Of a DNA stretch of 64,000 bases, positions 12,912 to 22,958 are shown piece after piece. The translations under genes were made by a program, and so were the position numbers. Each line of letters starts with the position of its first letter. Position 1 is the stretch's first letter. Source of the DNA: an uncultured Candidatus Saccharibacteria bacterium (lineage in GTDB: Bacteria; Patescibacteriota; Minisyncoccia; Phycocordibacterales; JABMNX01); NCBI GenBank assembly GCA_964575755.1, contig CAZNRH010000001.1, positions 115,347 through 179,346 on the forward strand, given 5' to 3'. Below the pieces are notes generated by a model. It had not been told where the DNA came from, made no database searches, and was given only the letters and a program-made list of their open reading frames with translations.

Positions 12912-14156
12912 TTAGATTTTAGAAAATATATAGTCTGCAATAGCACTTTTCTCAAGTGTTTTTTCTTCGCCACTCTCTAGGTGTTTTATGGTAAAAGGTT
13001 CATTCTTTATTTCGTCTTCACCAATACATATTACAAAAGGTATATTTTTCTTATCAGCACTCTTTATTTGATCACCAACTTTTTTAGTTGAAAGGGATAC
13101 TTCGACATTGATATCTTGTTCTCGAAGTTCTTTTGCTAAAGCTTGGGCATAAGCATTTGCTTCAGAAGATAGTGTACAAAGATAGAGCTCTGTTCGAGGG
13201 GTGTATTCTGGAAGTAGGTTGTGTGTCTTAAGGAAGTCGGTAATAGTGACATCCCCCATACCAAAGCCAACAGCAGGAATTGATTCACCACCAAATAGCT
13301 CAAGTAGATTGTCGTAGCGACCTCCACCAAACAGTGACCGATTGTTTTCAGATGATGTATCGAATACTTCAAATACTACGCCTGTGTAGTAGTCAAAGCC
13401 TCGAATTATTGACGTGTCTACTACTGTATTAGTAATACCAAGGTTCTTTAATTGAGTTGTTATAAGTTCTAGGTTCTTGTTACTGCTTACACTTTCTAGC
13501 TTCTGTGTAAATGCTTGTGTATTTTCTCCTAACAACTCACCAAGTTTCGAGTCAAAGTCATCAATTTTATCTCTCTTGTCTAACAGGCGCATAGTTTGTG
13601 CTTGCAGTTTCTCTGAAATGGCAAGTTCTTCAAATATTGTGTTAAGTATGTTTCTGTCACTTATACGTATTTCAAAATCATCTTCTTCTGCTCCAAATGC
13701 TTTCATAATAGAGTGAGCAAGTGAAATTATCTCAATTTCTGCTTCTATTCCAGAAACTCCAAATAAGTCAGCGTTAAGTTGCCAGTGTTCTCGTACACGG
13801 CCACGTTGTGGTCGTTCGTATCTAAATACATTAGGTATTGAATACCAACGAAGAGGGAAGTTGAGATCATGACGCTTTCCTGCGACCATACGAGCAAGTG
13901 TTGGTGTCATTTCAGGGCGAAGAGTAACTTCTCTGTCCCCGCGGTCTATAAATGTGTACGTTTGCTCATTTACTATTTCGTCACTGGTTTTACTTCGATA
14001 AAGTTCAGATGGCTCAAGTATTGAAGCGCTGTATTCTGCATACCCAAAACTCTCAACAACACGACTCATTGTGTCGAAGATAAAGCGTTCTATATACATA
14101 TCCTTAGGATAGAAGTCACGTACTCCTTTATATGGGTCTGTACTTAATTTATTCAT
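12912..14156 (-). CDS. hisS: Histidine--tRNA ligase
   Basis: LRPEMT, FRYERPQRGR, RGFDYYTG, GGGRYD. Confidence 0.98.
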   Translation of the reverse strand: MNKLSTDPYKGVRDFYPKDMYIERFIFDTMSRVVESFGYAEYSASILEPSELYRSKTSDEIVNEQTYTFIDRGDREVTLRPEMTPTLARMVAGKRHDLNFPLRWYSIPNVFRYERPQRGRVREHWQLNADLFGVSGIEAEIEIISLAHSIMKAFGAEEDDFEIRISDRNILNTIFEELAISEKLQAQTMRLLDKRDKIDDFDSKLGELLGENTQAFTQKLESVSSNKNLELITTQLKNLGITNTVVDTSIIRGFDYYTGVVFEVFDTSSENNRSLFGGGRYDNLLELFGGESIPAVGFGMGDVTITDFLKTHNLLPEYTPRTELYLCTLSSEANAYAQALAKELREQDINVEVSLSTKKVGDQIKSADKKNIPFVICIGEDEIKNEPFTIKHLESGEEKTLEKSAIADYIFSKI

Positions 14157-14184
14157 AGTCGCTCAATTGTAGCCGAAATAATAC

Positions 14185-14712
14185 TTAAAATCTAGAAGTA
14201 TGTGAAGTATTCGTTTTAGCATCAATATGTTGAAGAATCTTTCTTTTTACATGCTCGGGGTTTGCTATACCTTTTATAAGAAACTCCTCACTCTCTCCTG
14301 CAGTTTGCACGAGCACATTTCCAAAATTAAGAACAGTCGCGACAATACCATATACTTCTAGAGTGACGTCTTGTATTCGCTCCATACGAAGAGTCGATAC
14401 CTCTCGATTAAAGAGACCCCTTTGGTCAATGTTAACTATACGTCTATCAGTCACTATCCAAATATCAAGGTAGTAATCAGTCCAGATACTAAAGATTTTT
14501 ACCCACAAAAGTAGCACCCACGTGCTTGAGAGGAATAAAAGTAAGGAAGGGTTTATTGATGGTAACGAAAAGCCCGCTTGATTTGTTAAAAACTTCCAGC
14601 CGATAAATGGAATAAGAAATACAATAAATATCCCGAATGATTCACGAAATAATAAGAACCAGTGTTTTCGAGCTTTTATATCTATACGTTCTCCTTCTTG
14701 TAAATGAAGCAT
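14185..14712 (-). CDS. Membrane protein with bacterial PH domain
   Basis: Two TM helices followed by IVTDRRIV...IQDV...FGNVLVQTAG. Confidence 0.8.
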   Translation of the reverse strand: MLHLQEGERIDIKARKHWFLLFRESFGIFIVFLIPFIGWKFLTNQAGFSLPSINPSLLLFLSSTWVLLLWVKIFSIWTDYYLDIWIVTDRRIVNIDQRGLFNREVSTLRMERIQDVTLEVYGIVATVLNFGNVLVQTAGESEEFLIKGIANPEHVKRKILQHIDAKTNTSHTSRF

Positions 14713-14740
14713 ATTAATAAATAATATTATTTTAAATAAG

Positions 14741-14974
14741 TTAAGAAATTAAAGATACAAATGACATAATCATAAGTATTAAAATAATTCCACTAACACC
14801 AGAATATATAATTGTTGCGAGTACTGACATAAGGAAGTTCATACCATATCTAAACCAATGGTAGATTAAAAATATACTATAAAAGAAAAAGATTAATATA
14901 GCGCCAATAAATACATACCATAGTGCATCAGAGTTTAAAGGCAGGAAAGTGCTAAGTTCGTTGTTTGGTAACAT
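14741..14974 (-). CDS. Small two-TM membrane protein
   Basis: Hydrophobic ORF with YHWFRYG loop, co-oriented with neighbours. Confidence 0.7.
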   Translation of the reverse strand: MLPNNELSTFLPLNSDALWYVFIGAILIFFFYSIFLIYHWFRYGMNFLMSVLATIIYSGVSGIILILMIMSFVSLIS

Positions 14975-15367
14975 TACATACTATTTTCTCATAAAACTGC
15001 TATATAATCCAAGGTAAGTAGTGTCGTACTGTGTATTTAGAAATAAAAAGGAACACCCAAGCCCGAAGACTGAGATGTTCCTTTTTATTGCCCGTTCAGC
15101 TCCTTGGTTGGAGATAGATCCGTTTTATTTAATGTGGGAGTGTGTCCGCACTCTGTGGTGAGGCTCTAAGATTCCCTTATTGTTTAATTAAGTGGAATCT
15201 CCATAACTAGAAGTTAACGTACTATTAAGTATTGTACTTTCAATGCACATGTCAATATGCATTTGGTGATAAAACAGAGGAAAAGCTGTTGAAAGAATGT
15301 ACATAACTTGTGAACAACTCTGAGAGAGCATTAATTAAGTGGAGTATATGATATACTCACGTCTCAT

Positions 15368-15488
15368 ATGAATCCCGTAGGAAATCACGGACACTAACAC
15401 TATATATGGAAAATAAGTCGATAATTAATAGAAAATCTAATCTAGAGACAAGGATTGTTTAAGTCCGTGTCCTATTTTGTACGGGATG
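15368..15488 (+). mobile_element. Start-codon-bracketing structured element, copy B
   Basis: ATGAAtcccgtaggaaat...attttgtacgggATGAA immediately before the SET gene; inverted relative to copy A. Confidence 0.8.
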
Positions 15489-15887
15489 AAAAATATTTTC
15501 GATAAAAAAGATTTTACAGTGGTCCGAGCGCGCAAGGGTGCTGGTCTTGGTATTGTTACTAATCGTTCTTTTAAAAATGGTGATTTCGTTATTGAGTATA
15601 CTGGGCCAATTCTTTCGAGAGATAAAGCTAATGAAAAAGGAGGGAAGTATCTTTTTGATATTAACTCGAAATGGGCTATAGACGGAACAACTAGAAGTAA
15701 TCTAGCACGGTATATTAATCATTCATGTAAACCAAACTGTGAAGCAGACGTTTCTGGTAAAAAGGTTTTTATCTATGCATTGAAAAGAATTAAAGAAGGG
15801 GAGGAACTGACCTATGATTATGGAGGAGAATATTTTGACGAGTATATAAAACCTTATGGATGCAAGTGTAGTAGTTGTATTTCTTAA
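15486..15887 (+). CDS. SET-domain protein (putative lysine methyltransferase)
   Basis: GLG, ARYINHSCKPN, EELTYDY and a post-SET CxCxxC. Confidence 0.93.
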   Translation: MKNIFDKKDFTVVRARKGAGLGIVTNRSFKNGDFVIEYTGPILSRDKANEKGGKYLFDINSKWAIDGTTRSNLARYINHSCKPNCEADVSGKKVFIYALKRIKEGEELTYDYGGEYFDEYIKPYGCKCSSCIS

Positions 15888-16064
15888 AATAAATAAATGG
15901 CCGAGTATAAGAACTCGACTGTTTATTTATTTCAATTAATCCAGAAAGGATTTTACTGACTCATCTTTGCGATCATCCACACTGCGGTTGGTCTTAGAAT
16001 TTGGCTTGGGATTTTAAACTCTTCGACGTCGCCTAACAAGCGACGTCGTCTTTTTTGTATACAA

Positions 16065-16102
16065 AACAAAAACCCCCGCTCTTACGAGCAGGGGTTTTTG
16101 TT
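16065..16102 (-). terminator. Intrinsic terminator of the cold-shock gene
   Basis: GC-rich hairpin with A/T tracts on both sides, just past the stop. Confidence 0.75.
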
Positions 16103-16123
16103 ACTTCGTCTAATCAATAAAGA

Positions 16124-16324
16124 TTAAACTCGGCTTACGTTTACTGCTTGAGGGCCTTTTTGTCCTTCAGTAACTTCGAATTCCACTGCATCTCCTTCGT
16201 TTAGAGATTCAAAATCTCCACCTTGGAATTCGTTAGCATGAAAGAAAAGATCCTTGTCGCTGTCTTCTGTCTTGATAAAGCCGTAGCCCTTATCCATAAG
16301 ACGTGCAATAGTTCCTTTTTGCAT
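16124..16324 (-). CDS. Cold-shock domain protein
   Basis: KGYGFI, DLFFH, KGPQAVNV; upstream TTGACA-N17-TACAAT promoter. Confidence 0.96.
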   Translation of the reverse strand: MQKGTIARLMDKGYGFIKTEDSDKDLFFHANEFQGGDFESLNEGDAVEFEVTEGQKGPQAVNVSRV

Positions 16325-16595
16325 TGCTGTAAAAACTAAATCGAATAAATCTCAAAATCACTCTAAAAGATTAAACTCGACATAGTCATCTATCTAGTAG
16401 CTATTTGATGCGGGTATTGTATTACATTATGGATATAATGTCAATACTTTTGTAAACTAATAGTATTATGAGTATTTATGATTTTCTAAATATTTTAATG
16501 CAATTAAAGACATCATTTAAAATATAGTTTTCCAGTAATAGTAGTGGTTGCGCTGTAATTCATTTGATAGAATATAGAGTAACAATGCTCATACT

Positions 16596-17018
16596 ATGGA
16601 AGAAGATAAAGCAACAAATCAATTTGAAGAAAGTACAGATGCGCAAGTGGAAAGTCTTTCTGGGTCACCTCATGGCGCGCTTTATAATAAATATCTAAAA
16701 TTAATAAAAGATAAGTCCACATATCTCAAGATTTCTGCGCTTGCGGTTATATCAATTTTTATCATAGCAGGGACATCATCTTTATATTTTAAATTAATAG
16801 GCCCGAGCTTAGATGGGCAGTCGGACACTCAATATATTAATTTTACCTATCAGCAAAAAGAGGATATTTTAAAATCTTTAAGCAGTGATTCTATTCAAAC
16901 CAACGTGTCTTCAGAAGAAAAACATAAAGAATTGGACCAACTAGCCAAACAATCTGAAAATACGAGTCAATTAAGAGATTTCGAAAAAGTTAATATTTTA
17001 AAAAATTTAAGCCGATAA
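16596..17018 (+). CDS. Hypothetical single-TM protein
   Basis: One hydrophobic segment; C-terminal short repeats (K..IL..LS); first gene of the surface-protein cluster. Confidence 0.65.
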   Translation: MEEDKATNQFEESTDAQVESLSGSPHGALYNKYLKLIKDKSTYLKISALAVISIFIIAGTSSLYFKLIGPSLDGQSDTQYINFTYQQKEDILKSLSSDSIQTNVSSEEKHKELDQLAKQSENTSQLRDFEKVNILKNLSR

Positions 17019-17037
17019 CTCTAAAAGCAACAATTAT

Positions 17038-18204
17038 ATGCAAACACACAACATATTAGTTAGTAAAACAAGACAAAATAAAAGCAGAGTAACACTTTTT
17101 CTAATGGCTATAATTGTGTTAGTTGCCTTTTTTGCGATTGACTCTGGCTTACGTAATAAAGAAGTAAGTGCGGAAGTGTCTCATAATGTATCTGGATACG
17201 CGTGGAGCGATACAGTGGGGTGGATTAGTTTCAATTGCACCGATGCAGGCTTTTGCGGGACGTCAAATTACGGAGTCGGAGTTAACGAAGCTGATGGAGA
17301 TTTATTTGGTTATGCGTGGTCATCAAATATCGGTTGGATAAGTTTTAATGAAAGCGACCTCATAGGATGCCCTGGTGGTGGTACGTGTACAGCAAATCTT
17401 TCAGGAAGTACTCTTTCTGGCTGGGCTAAAGCACTTTCTTCGTCAGATTCTGAATCTGGAGGGTGGGATGGATGGATTAGTCTAGACGGGAGTGATTACG
17501 GAGTAACCTATGATTCTAATAGTGGTGAATTCAGTGGCTATGCATGGGGGTCTGCAATTATTGGTTGGGTAGATTTTAATCCTCAGTATGGCGGGGTAGT
17601 AAAAAGTGCTCTTATAGCGTCATTGTCAGTTTCTAGTTCAAATATATCTAATGGAGGTTCAGTAACTCTTACATGGACAAGCACCCTAGCAACAGACTGT
17701 TCTGGTACAAACTTCTCTACTGGAGGTGCGACGTCAGGGAACGTGGTTCTTACTCCGGATTCGACTACAACCTATACACTTACCTGTAGTAATAGTTTTG
17801 ATTCGGTAGATGATGTAAAAGAGGTACAGGTGTGGAATACAGAATGCGCTGATGGAGTAGATAATGATCTCGATGGAGATATAGATTTAGCTGATTTAGG
17901 TTGCTCTGGTCTGGGAGATGACAATGAGTCCAGTGCAGAATTTGTAGTAATGGATATTTCAGTTAGTGCACCATTTGTTCAGTCAGGGAATTCAGTAGTG
18001 ATAACGTGGAGTGCTACTGGTGTTAACAGTTGCTCAGTTACAGGAACTAATGGAGATTCTTGGTCAGGAATTTCTGGGTCACAAAACACAAGTGACATCT
18101 TTGAGCAAGTGATATATACACTTTCATGTTTGGATGTTGAAGATCATGCAACAACACCACAAAGTGTGACGGTATCTCTATCGCCAATATTCCAAGAGTT
18201 TTAA
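17038..18204 (+). CDS. Secreted/surface protein with GYAWS-x-x-x-GWI repeats and Ig-like tail
   Basis: Signal/TM segment, repeated GYAW...GW(I/V)xF, Ca-binding-like CADGVDNDLDGDIDLADLGC, LTW...YTLTC modules. Confidence 0.75.
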   Translation: MQTHNILVSKTRQNKSRVTLFLMAIIVLVAFFAIDSGLRNKEVSAEVSHNVSGYAWSDTVGWISFNCTDAGFCGTSNYGVGVNEADGDLFGYAWSSNIGWISFNESDLIGCPGGGTCTANLSGSTLSGWAKALSSSDSESGGWDGWISLDGSDYGVTYDSNSGEFSGYAWGSAIIGWVDFNPQYGGVVKSALIASLSVSSSNISNGGSVTLTWTSTLATDCSGTNFSTGGATSGNVVLTPDSTTTYTLTCSNSFDSVDDVKEVQVWNTECADGVDNDLDGDIDLADLGCSGLGDDNESSAEFVVMDISVSAPFVQSGNSVVITWSATGVNSCSVTGTNGDSWSGISGSQNTSDIFEQVIYTLSCLDVEDHATTPQSVTVSLSPIFQEF

Positions 18205-18228
18205 TTTTTTACATATGATAAACCATTC

Positions 18229-18981
18229 ATGAACCAATTACTCAACAACATAAAAACAAGCCTGAAAGAAAGCATTAAAGTAGCAACAATTGCACTCGCT
18301 ATTACTCTCGGCGTAACTTACGCATTTGCATCGTGGACTGGACCAGTAGCAACACCACCAAATAATAATGTAGAAGCACCTATTAATGTTGGTACAGTAG
18401 ATCAAATAAAGAGTGGTGGTCTTGGAGTTGATACACTTGCGGTGTATGGAAACGTTGGAGTATCTGGATATATACAGGTTGGAACTACAACTTCATCATG
18501 TAGCTCGGGTGTAGAGGGTGCTCTAAAATATGTCTCTGGTACTGGAATGCAGTATTGCAACGGCTCTTCATGGTCCACTTTGGGTGGTACAGGAGGTGAT
18601 GGTAGCTATACAGGATCCCTTACAACAGGTTCAAATACAGGAGCAGATTGTACAAACGCAGGAGGAGTTCCAATTGATATTGGTGGTGGAGACTATGTAT
18701 GTAAATTTATAAGTAGTTCTTGTGCGGCAGGTTGGACAAAGTACCTAGATTGGACCACAACGCAGACAACATCATGTACTGGGACGTCAAACCTATCTAG
18801 GTTGTGCTCCCCGACGTCTTGTACAACTTCTTCACATGTATTTTCAGACAATACACGAGAAACGTGTGGATATAGAGACAGTAACTACCAATCATGGGGT
18901 GGTGATGATTCAGGGACTTCTTGTACTCTTACTACTCAAAGAACATGTACCGCTTCAATACAGGAGATTGGTTGTTATTAA
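18229..18981 (+). CDS. Secreted adhesin-like protein 1 (shared N-domain, Cys-rich tip)
   Basis: Signal peptide ending YAFA, WTGP..PP.NN..PINVG..QIK.GGLGV, Cys-rich C-terminus. Confidence 0.75.
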   Translation: MNQLLNNIKTSLKESIKVATIALAITLGVTYAFASWTGPVATPPNNNVEAPINVGTVDQIKSGGLGVDTLAVYGNVGVSGYIQVGTTTSSCSSGVEGALKYVSGTGMQYCNGSSWSTLGGTGGDGSYTGSLTTGSNTGADCTNAGGVPIDIGGGDYVCKFISSSCAAGWTKYLDWTTTQTTSCTGTSNLSRLCSPTSCTTSSHVFSDNTRETCGYRDSNYQSWGGDDSGTSCTLTTQRTCTASIQEIGCY

Positions 18982-18994
18982 AGTAAAAAACTCT

Positions 18995-20029
18995 ATGGAG
19001 CCACTTATCAGTAATATTAAAGAAAGCATTAAAGTAGCAACAATTGCACTCGCTATAACTTTAGGTGTAACCTACGCATTCGCATCATGGACAGGGCCTA
19101 CTTTGACACCACCAAACAATAATGTAGAAGCACCTATTAATGTTGGTACAGTAGATCAAATAAAAAGTGGGGGACTCGGAGTTAATACACTTGCGGTGTT
19201 TGGTAACGGAGCATTTAGTGGGTATCTAAAAGTTGGGAGTACTACATCAACATGCAATACTTCTCTAGAAGGATCATTACAATTCAAAACATCGGGTAAC
19301 AGTTGTTTACAATTGTGTGTTGATTCAGGTTGGCAGGATGTGAGTTGTGGGGATGTTCCGGTAACAGCTGTAAGTTGTAAAGAATTATTTGATTCAGGAG
19401 TTACCGAAAGTGGAATATATCAGATTTATCCAAATGACTTAACTCTTGATGTATATTGCGATATGGTCACTGAGGGAGGCGGGTGGACATTAATAGGCAA
19501 AATGACAGAGGATTCAGCTGTATGGTCTAAGGCAACAGAACCTGATTTATGGAGAACAACAGGGGTTCTTAATGATAGTGACCTAACTTTAGATCATGGA
19601 AATTCAAAGTATGAATCGTATAATAACGTTGAAGTAACTTATGTTATGGGTATATCTTATAACCCTGACGACGTGTTCGTGATACAACTCCCTGCAACAC
19701 ATTTAAATATGTACGACTTAATTATGAATGGACCAAATAATTATGGTACTGCAATAAAACAGCCACAAAGCGGTACTTATTTAAGTGGATATTCAAGTAG
19801 TGGTGGGCATACGGATTGGAAAATTAGACCCTATAGTTATCTTGAAGGGTGGAGAGGTGGAATGGCTTGGATTGGTTCTTCTTGGGAGTATTATGTGGAC
19901 TGTACTATGGCGGACAGAGAATCAACAGGTCTAGGGGTCTACCATTCTACTGCTACAGGTTGTAGCGGTTACTTATATGGTGCATGGGGAGTCAAAGGCC
20001 CTGACTATGCTACGTTATGGGTACGATAG
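18995..20029 (+). CDS. Secreted adhesin-like protein 2 (shared N-domain, fibrinogen-like tip)
   Basis: Same N-domain; SCKEL...SGIYQI...VYCDM..EGGGWTLI fibrinogen/intelectin-like motif. True start is the ATG at 18995. Confidence 0.8.
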   Translation: MEPLISNIKESIKVATIALAITLGVTYAFASWTGPTLTPPNNNVEAPINVGTVDQIKSGGLGVNTLAVFGNGAFSGYLKVGSTTSTCNTSLEGSLQFKTSGNSCLQLCVDSGWQDVSCGDVPVTAVSCKELFDSGVTESGIYQIYPNDLTLDVYCDMVTEGGGWTLIGKMTEDSAVWSKATEPDLWRTTGVLNDSDLTLDHGNSKYESYNNVEVTYVMGISYNPDDVFVIQLPATHLNMYDLIMNGPNNYGTAIKQPQSGTYLSGYSSSGGHTDWKIRPYSYLEGWRGGMAWIGSSWEYYVDCTMADRESTGLGVYHSTATGCSGYLYGAWGVKGPDYATLWVR

Positions 20030-20094
20030 CATATTGTTAATATATCCATAAATTATCGATACATTTTATTTTTTTATACACTCTATAAATAGTC

Positions 20095-20469
20095 ATGAAC
20101 CAATTACTCAACAACATAAAAACAAACATAAAAGATAGTATAAAAGTAGCTGTCTTAGCACTTGCTATTACACTAGGAGTAACCTATGTATTTGCAGCGT
20201 GGGTTGGACCCATAGCAACACCACCAAACAGCAATGTCTCGGCACCCATCAATGTAGGATCTACTGATCAGATTAAAGATGGAGGACTTGGTGTGGATAC
20301 ACTTTCTGTATTTGGAAATGGTGCATATTCAGGATATATACAAATAGGGCAGACAGCAGTTACATGCGGTGTTTTAACAGATGGGTCCCTACGTTTCAAT
20401 ACATCAAATAAGTGCTTACAATTATGTGTAGATTCAGGTTGGCAGGATGTCACATGCTCAACTCCATAA
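20095..20469 (+). CDS. Secreted adhesin-like protein 3 (shared N-domain only, no tip)
   Basis: Paralog of the two upstream genes; ends right after CLQLCVDSGWQDVTC. Confidence 0.75.
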   Translation: MNQLLNNIKTNIKDSIKVAVLALAITLGVTYVFAAWVGPIATPPNSNVSAPINVGSTDQIKDGGLGVDTLSVFGNGAYSGYIQIGQTAVTCGVLTDGSLRFNTSNKCLQLCVDSGWQDVTCSTP

Positions 20470-20473
20470 AAAC

Positions 20474-20504
20474 ATTAATTCGGCGACTGTGTCGCCGAAT
20501 TAAT
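20474..20504. repeat. REP-like palindrome or terminator after the adhesin array
   Basis: attaattcggcgac-tgt-gtcgccgaattaat. Confidence 0.65.
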
Positions 20505-20602
20505 CAAAACAGTCAAAAACAGTGTTATACTTTTTATGGTCTTATATATCCTGTTACGCTCTAGGTTTTACTTAGGGCTTTAATTATTAATAAAAACTAG
20601 TT

Positions 20603-21268
20603 ATGAAAAACACATATCTCACCTACGGGATAATTATTATTTTAACGCTAATAACTGCATCATATTTTATGTCATCACAATCAGAAGAAAATAACTTAGA
20701 CAAAACACCAGAAAGTACGACACCAACGCAAATAAATGACTCAAGTGTAGAAGAGACTATAACCACAAACATTTTGCAAAAAGACGAGGTATTTGTAGCA
20801 GTAATGTCTACATCAATGGGAGATATAACAATTAAATTAAACTCCAATGACGCGCCAAACACAGTCGCAAATTTCGTAAAATTAGCTAAAGGTGGATTTT
20901 ATGATGGAACGAAGTTTCATAGAGTAATTCCAGATTTCATGGTTCAAGGTGGAGACCCGTTAACGAAAGATGACTCTCTTATGGGTCAATGGGGTACAGG
21001 TGGTCCAGGGTATGCATTTGAAGATGAAATACATGAAAATAATTATAATAAAGTAGGAACAATATCAATGGCAAACTCTGGTCCAAATACAAACGGAAGC
21101 CAATTCTTTATAAATGTTGCAGATAATAATTTCCTAGATGGAAAACACACCGTATTTGGGATAATCACAGGTGGTATGGACGTAGTTAACAGTATCGCCT
21201 TAGTACCAACAGAGGGGGCGGATCGCCCAGTAGAGGCTGTCATTATTAATTTTGTGACAATTAAGTAA
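20603..21268 (+). CDS. Cyclophilin-type peptidyl-prolyl isomerase, membrane-anchored
   Basis: FHRVIPDFMVQGGDP, SMANSGPNTNGSQFFI, LDGKHTVFG. Confidence 0.97.
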   Translation: MKNTYLTYGIIIILTLITASYFMSSQSEENNLDKTPESTTPTQINDSSVEETITTNILQKDEVFVAVMSTSMGDITIKLNSNDAPNTVANFVKLAKGGFYDGTKFHRVIPDFMVQGGDPLTKDDSLMGQWGTGGPGYAFEDEIHENNYNKVGTISMANSGPNTNGSQFFINVADNNFLDGKHTVFGIITGGMDVVNSIALVPTEGADRPVEAVIINFVTIK

Positions 21269-21284
21269 ACAATATTCTGTATTT

Positions 21285-22958
21285 ATGAAGCAGGAAACAG
21301 CTCTCGGAATATTAAAGACAGGACGTAATGTGTACTTAACAGGCGCCGCTGGCGCTGGTAAGACACACGTACTTAATGAATATATTAAGTTTCTTAAAAA
21401 ACATAATGTAGGGGTAGGAGTTACTGCTTCAACAGGTATAGCTGCTACACACTTAGATGGCATGACCATACACGCATGGTCAGGTATAGGTATTAAAGAT
21501 TTTTTAACGGATTTTGATATTGATGCACTCACACAAAGACAGTCTCTAGTAAAACGTTTCGAACGCACAAGCGTGTTACTTATAGATGAAGTATCTATGT
21601 TGCGCCCAGAGATATTAGACATGATAGACCAGGTTTCGCGCGCTATGAAGCGGTCTGAAGAACCCTTCGGAGGTATGCAAGCAGTACTTTGTGGTGATTT
21701 CTTTCAACTGCCACCAGTAGTTCGTGGTGGCAACAGTGACTCTTTTGCTGACAGCGCACAAGCGTGGATAGATGGCGATTTCCGCATATGTTATTTAACT
21801 GAACAGTACAGGCAAAAAGGTGGAAAGTTGTTAAATATATTAAATGACATACGTGATGGAGAAATAAGTATTGAGTCACAAGAGTCCCTTGAAAGTAGAA
21901 TGAAAGCTGGTGCAGGACACAGTGAAAAGGTTGGCAAGAATAAGGCTCCACATATACACGACTCACGCGCAATAGTTTTACACACACATAATACTAATGT
22001 AGATACTCGCAATTACGAAGAATTATCTAAGCTAGACACAGAAAGTGTTTCTTTTGGGATGGTGTCAACAGGGCGAGCTAATCTAGTAGAGTCGTTAAAG
22101 AAAAACGTCCTAGCCCCAGTCGATTTAGAGTTAAAGGTAGGGGCACGTGTGATGTTTGTGAAGAACAGCCAAGAAAGAGAATACGTAAACGGTACACTGG
22201 GGGAAGTAATTGACCTTAATGGTTCGTATCCAATAGTAAAAGTAAACAGTGGTAGAGAAATCATGGCACATCCTGTGTCGTGGGAAATGGTTGATGACGG
22301 CAAGGTACTTGCTTCAGTCACACAGGTACCACTTCGTCTAGCTTGGGCAATTACAGTCCATAAAAGCCAAGGGATGAGCTTGGATAGAGTGGAAGTAGAT
22401 CTTTCGCGTGCATTTACCCCAGGGCAGGGTTATGTAGCGCTTTCTCGAGCCCGCACATTAGATGGACTTATTTTACATGGACTTAATGCGACTGCGCTCA
22501 GAGTCCATCCATATGTACAGGAGAGGGACGGCACTATGAAAACAGAATCAAATAAATGGGAGAAAATATTTAATGAATTTACACAAGCAAAAATATCAGA
22601 TTTACAAAAAGATTTTATACAAAAAGTTGGACGGACTAAAAGTGAAGTAGAAAAAGACAAGCCCATCCCGACACATTTAAAGACGCGTACGTATCTCGAG
22701 AGAAGTGAGTCGATAGAATCAATAGCAAAAGGGCGTGAAATGACAAAGGGTACTATTATTGCACACCTAGAAAAGTTAAAAGACGCAGGGGATTCAGATA
22801 TCTTTTCATACCTATCTCCAAGTACTGCACATATTGCCAAGATAAAGAAAGCGTTTAAGAAGTCAAAAGACACAAAACTAGCTCCAGTACACAAAATTTT
22901 AAAAGGGAAGTACAGCTACGATGAATTACGTCTAGCACGTTTATTCATTAATTATTAA
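21285..22958 (+). CDS. PIF1-family SF1B helicase with C-terminal HTH
   Basis: GAAGAGKT, DEVSM, GDFFQLPPV, PLRLAWAITVHKSQG, YVALSR; C-terminal helical HTH-like tail. Confidence 0.93.
   Translation: MKQETALGILKTGRNVYLTGAAGAGKTHVLNEYIKFLKKHNVGVGVTASTGIAATHLDGMTIHAWSGIGIKDFLTDFDIDALTQRQSLVKRFERTSVLLIDEVSMLRPEILDMIDQVSRAMKRSEEPFGGMQAVLCGDFFQLPPVVRGGNSDSFADSAQAWIDGDFRICYLTEQYRQKGGKLLNILNDIRDGEISIESQESLESRMKAGAGHSEKVGKNKAPHIHDSRAIVLHTHNTNVDTRNYEELSKLDTESVSFGMVSTGRANLVESLKKNVLAPVDLELKVGARVMFVKNSQEREYVNGTLGEVIDLNGSYPIVKVNSGREIMAHPVSWEMVDDGKVLASVTQVPLRLAWAITVHKSQGMSLDRVEVDLSRAFTPGQGYVALSRARTLDGLILHGLNATALRVHPYVQERDGTMKTESNKWEKIFNEFTQAKISDLQKDFIQKVGRTKSEVEKDKPIPTHLKTRTYLERSESIESIAKGREMTKGTIIAHLEKLKDAGDSDIFSYLSPSTAHIAKIKKAFKKSKDTKLAPVHKILKGKYSYDELRLARLFINY

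Noticed and set aside
18836-18994. ORF-track N-terminal extension of the second adhesin
   Set aside because: It overlaps the preceding gene; paralog alignment places the start at 18995.
18229-20469. DGR or shufflon mechanism for the adhesin array
   Set aside because: No reverse transcriptase or invertase, differences are not adenine-specific, and all genes are co-oriented with their own starts.
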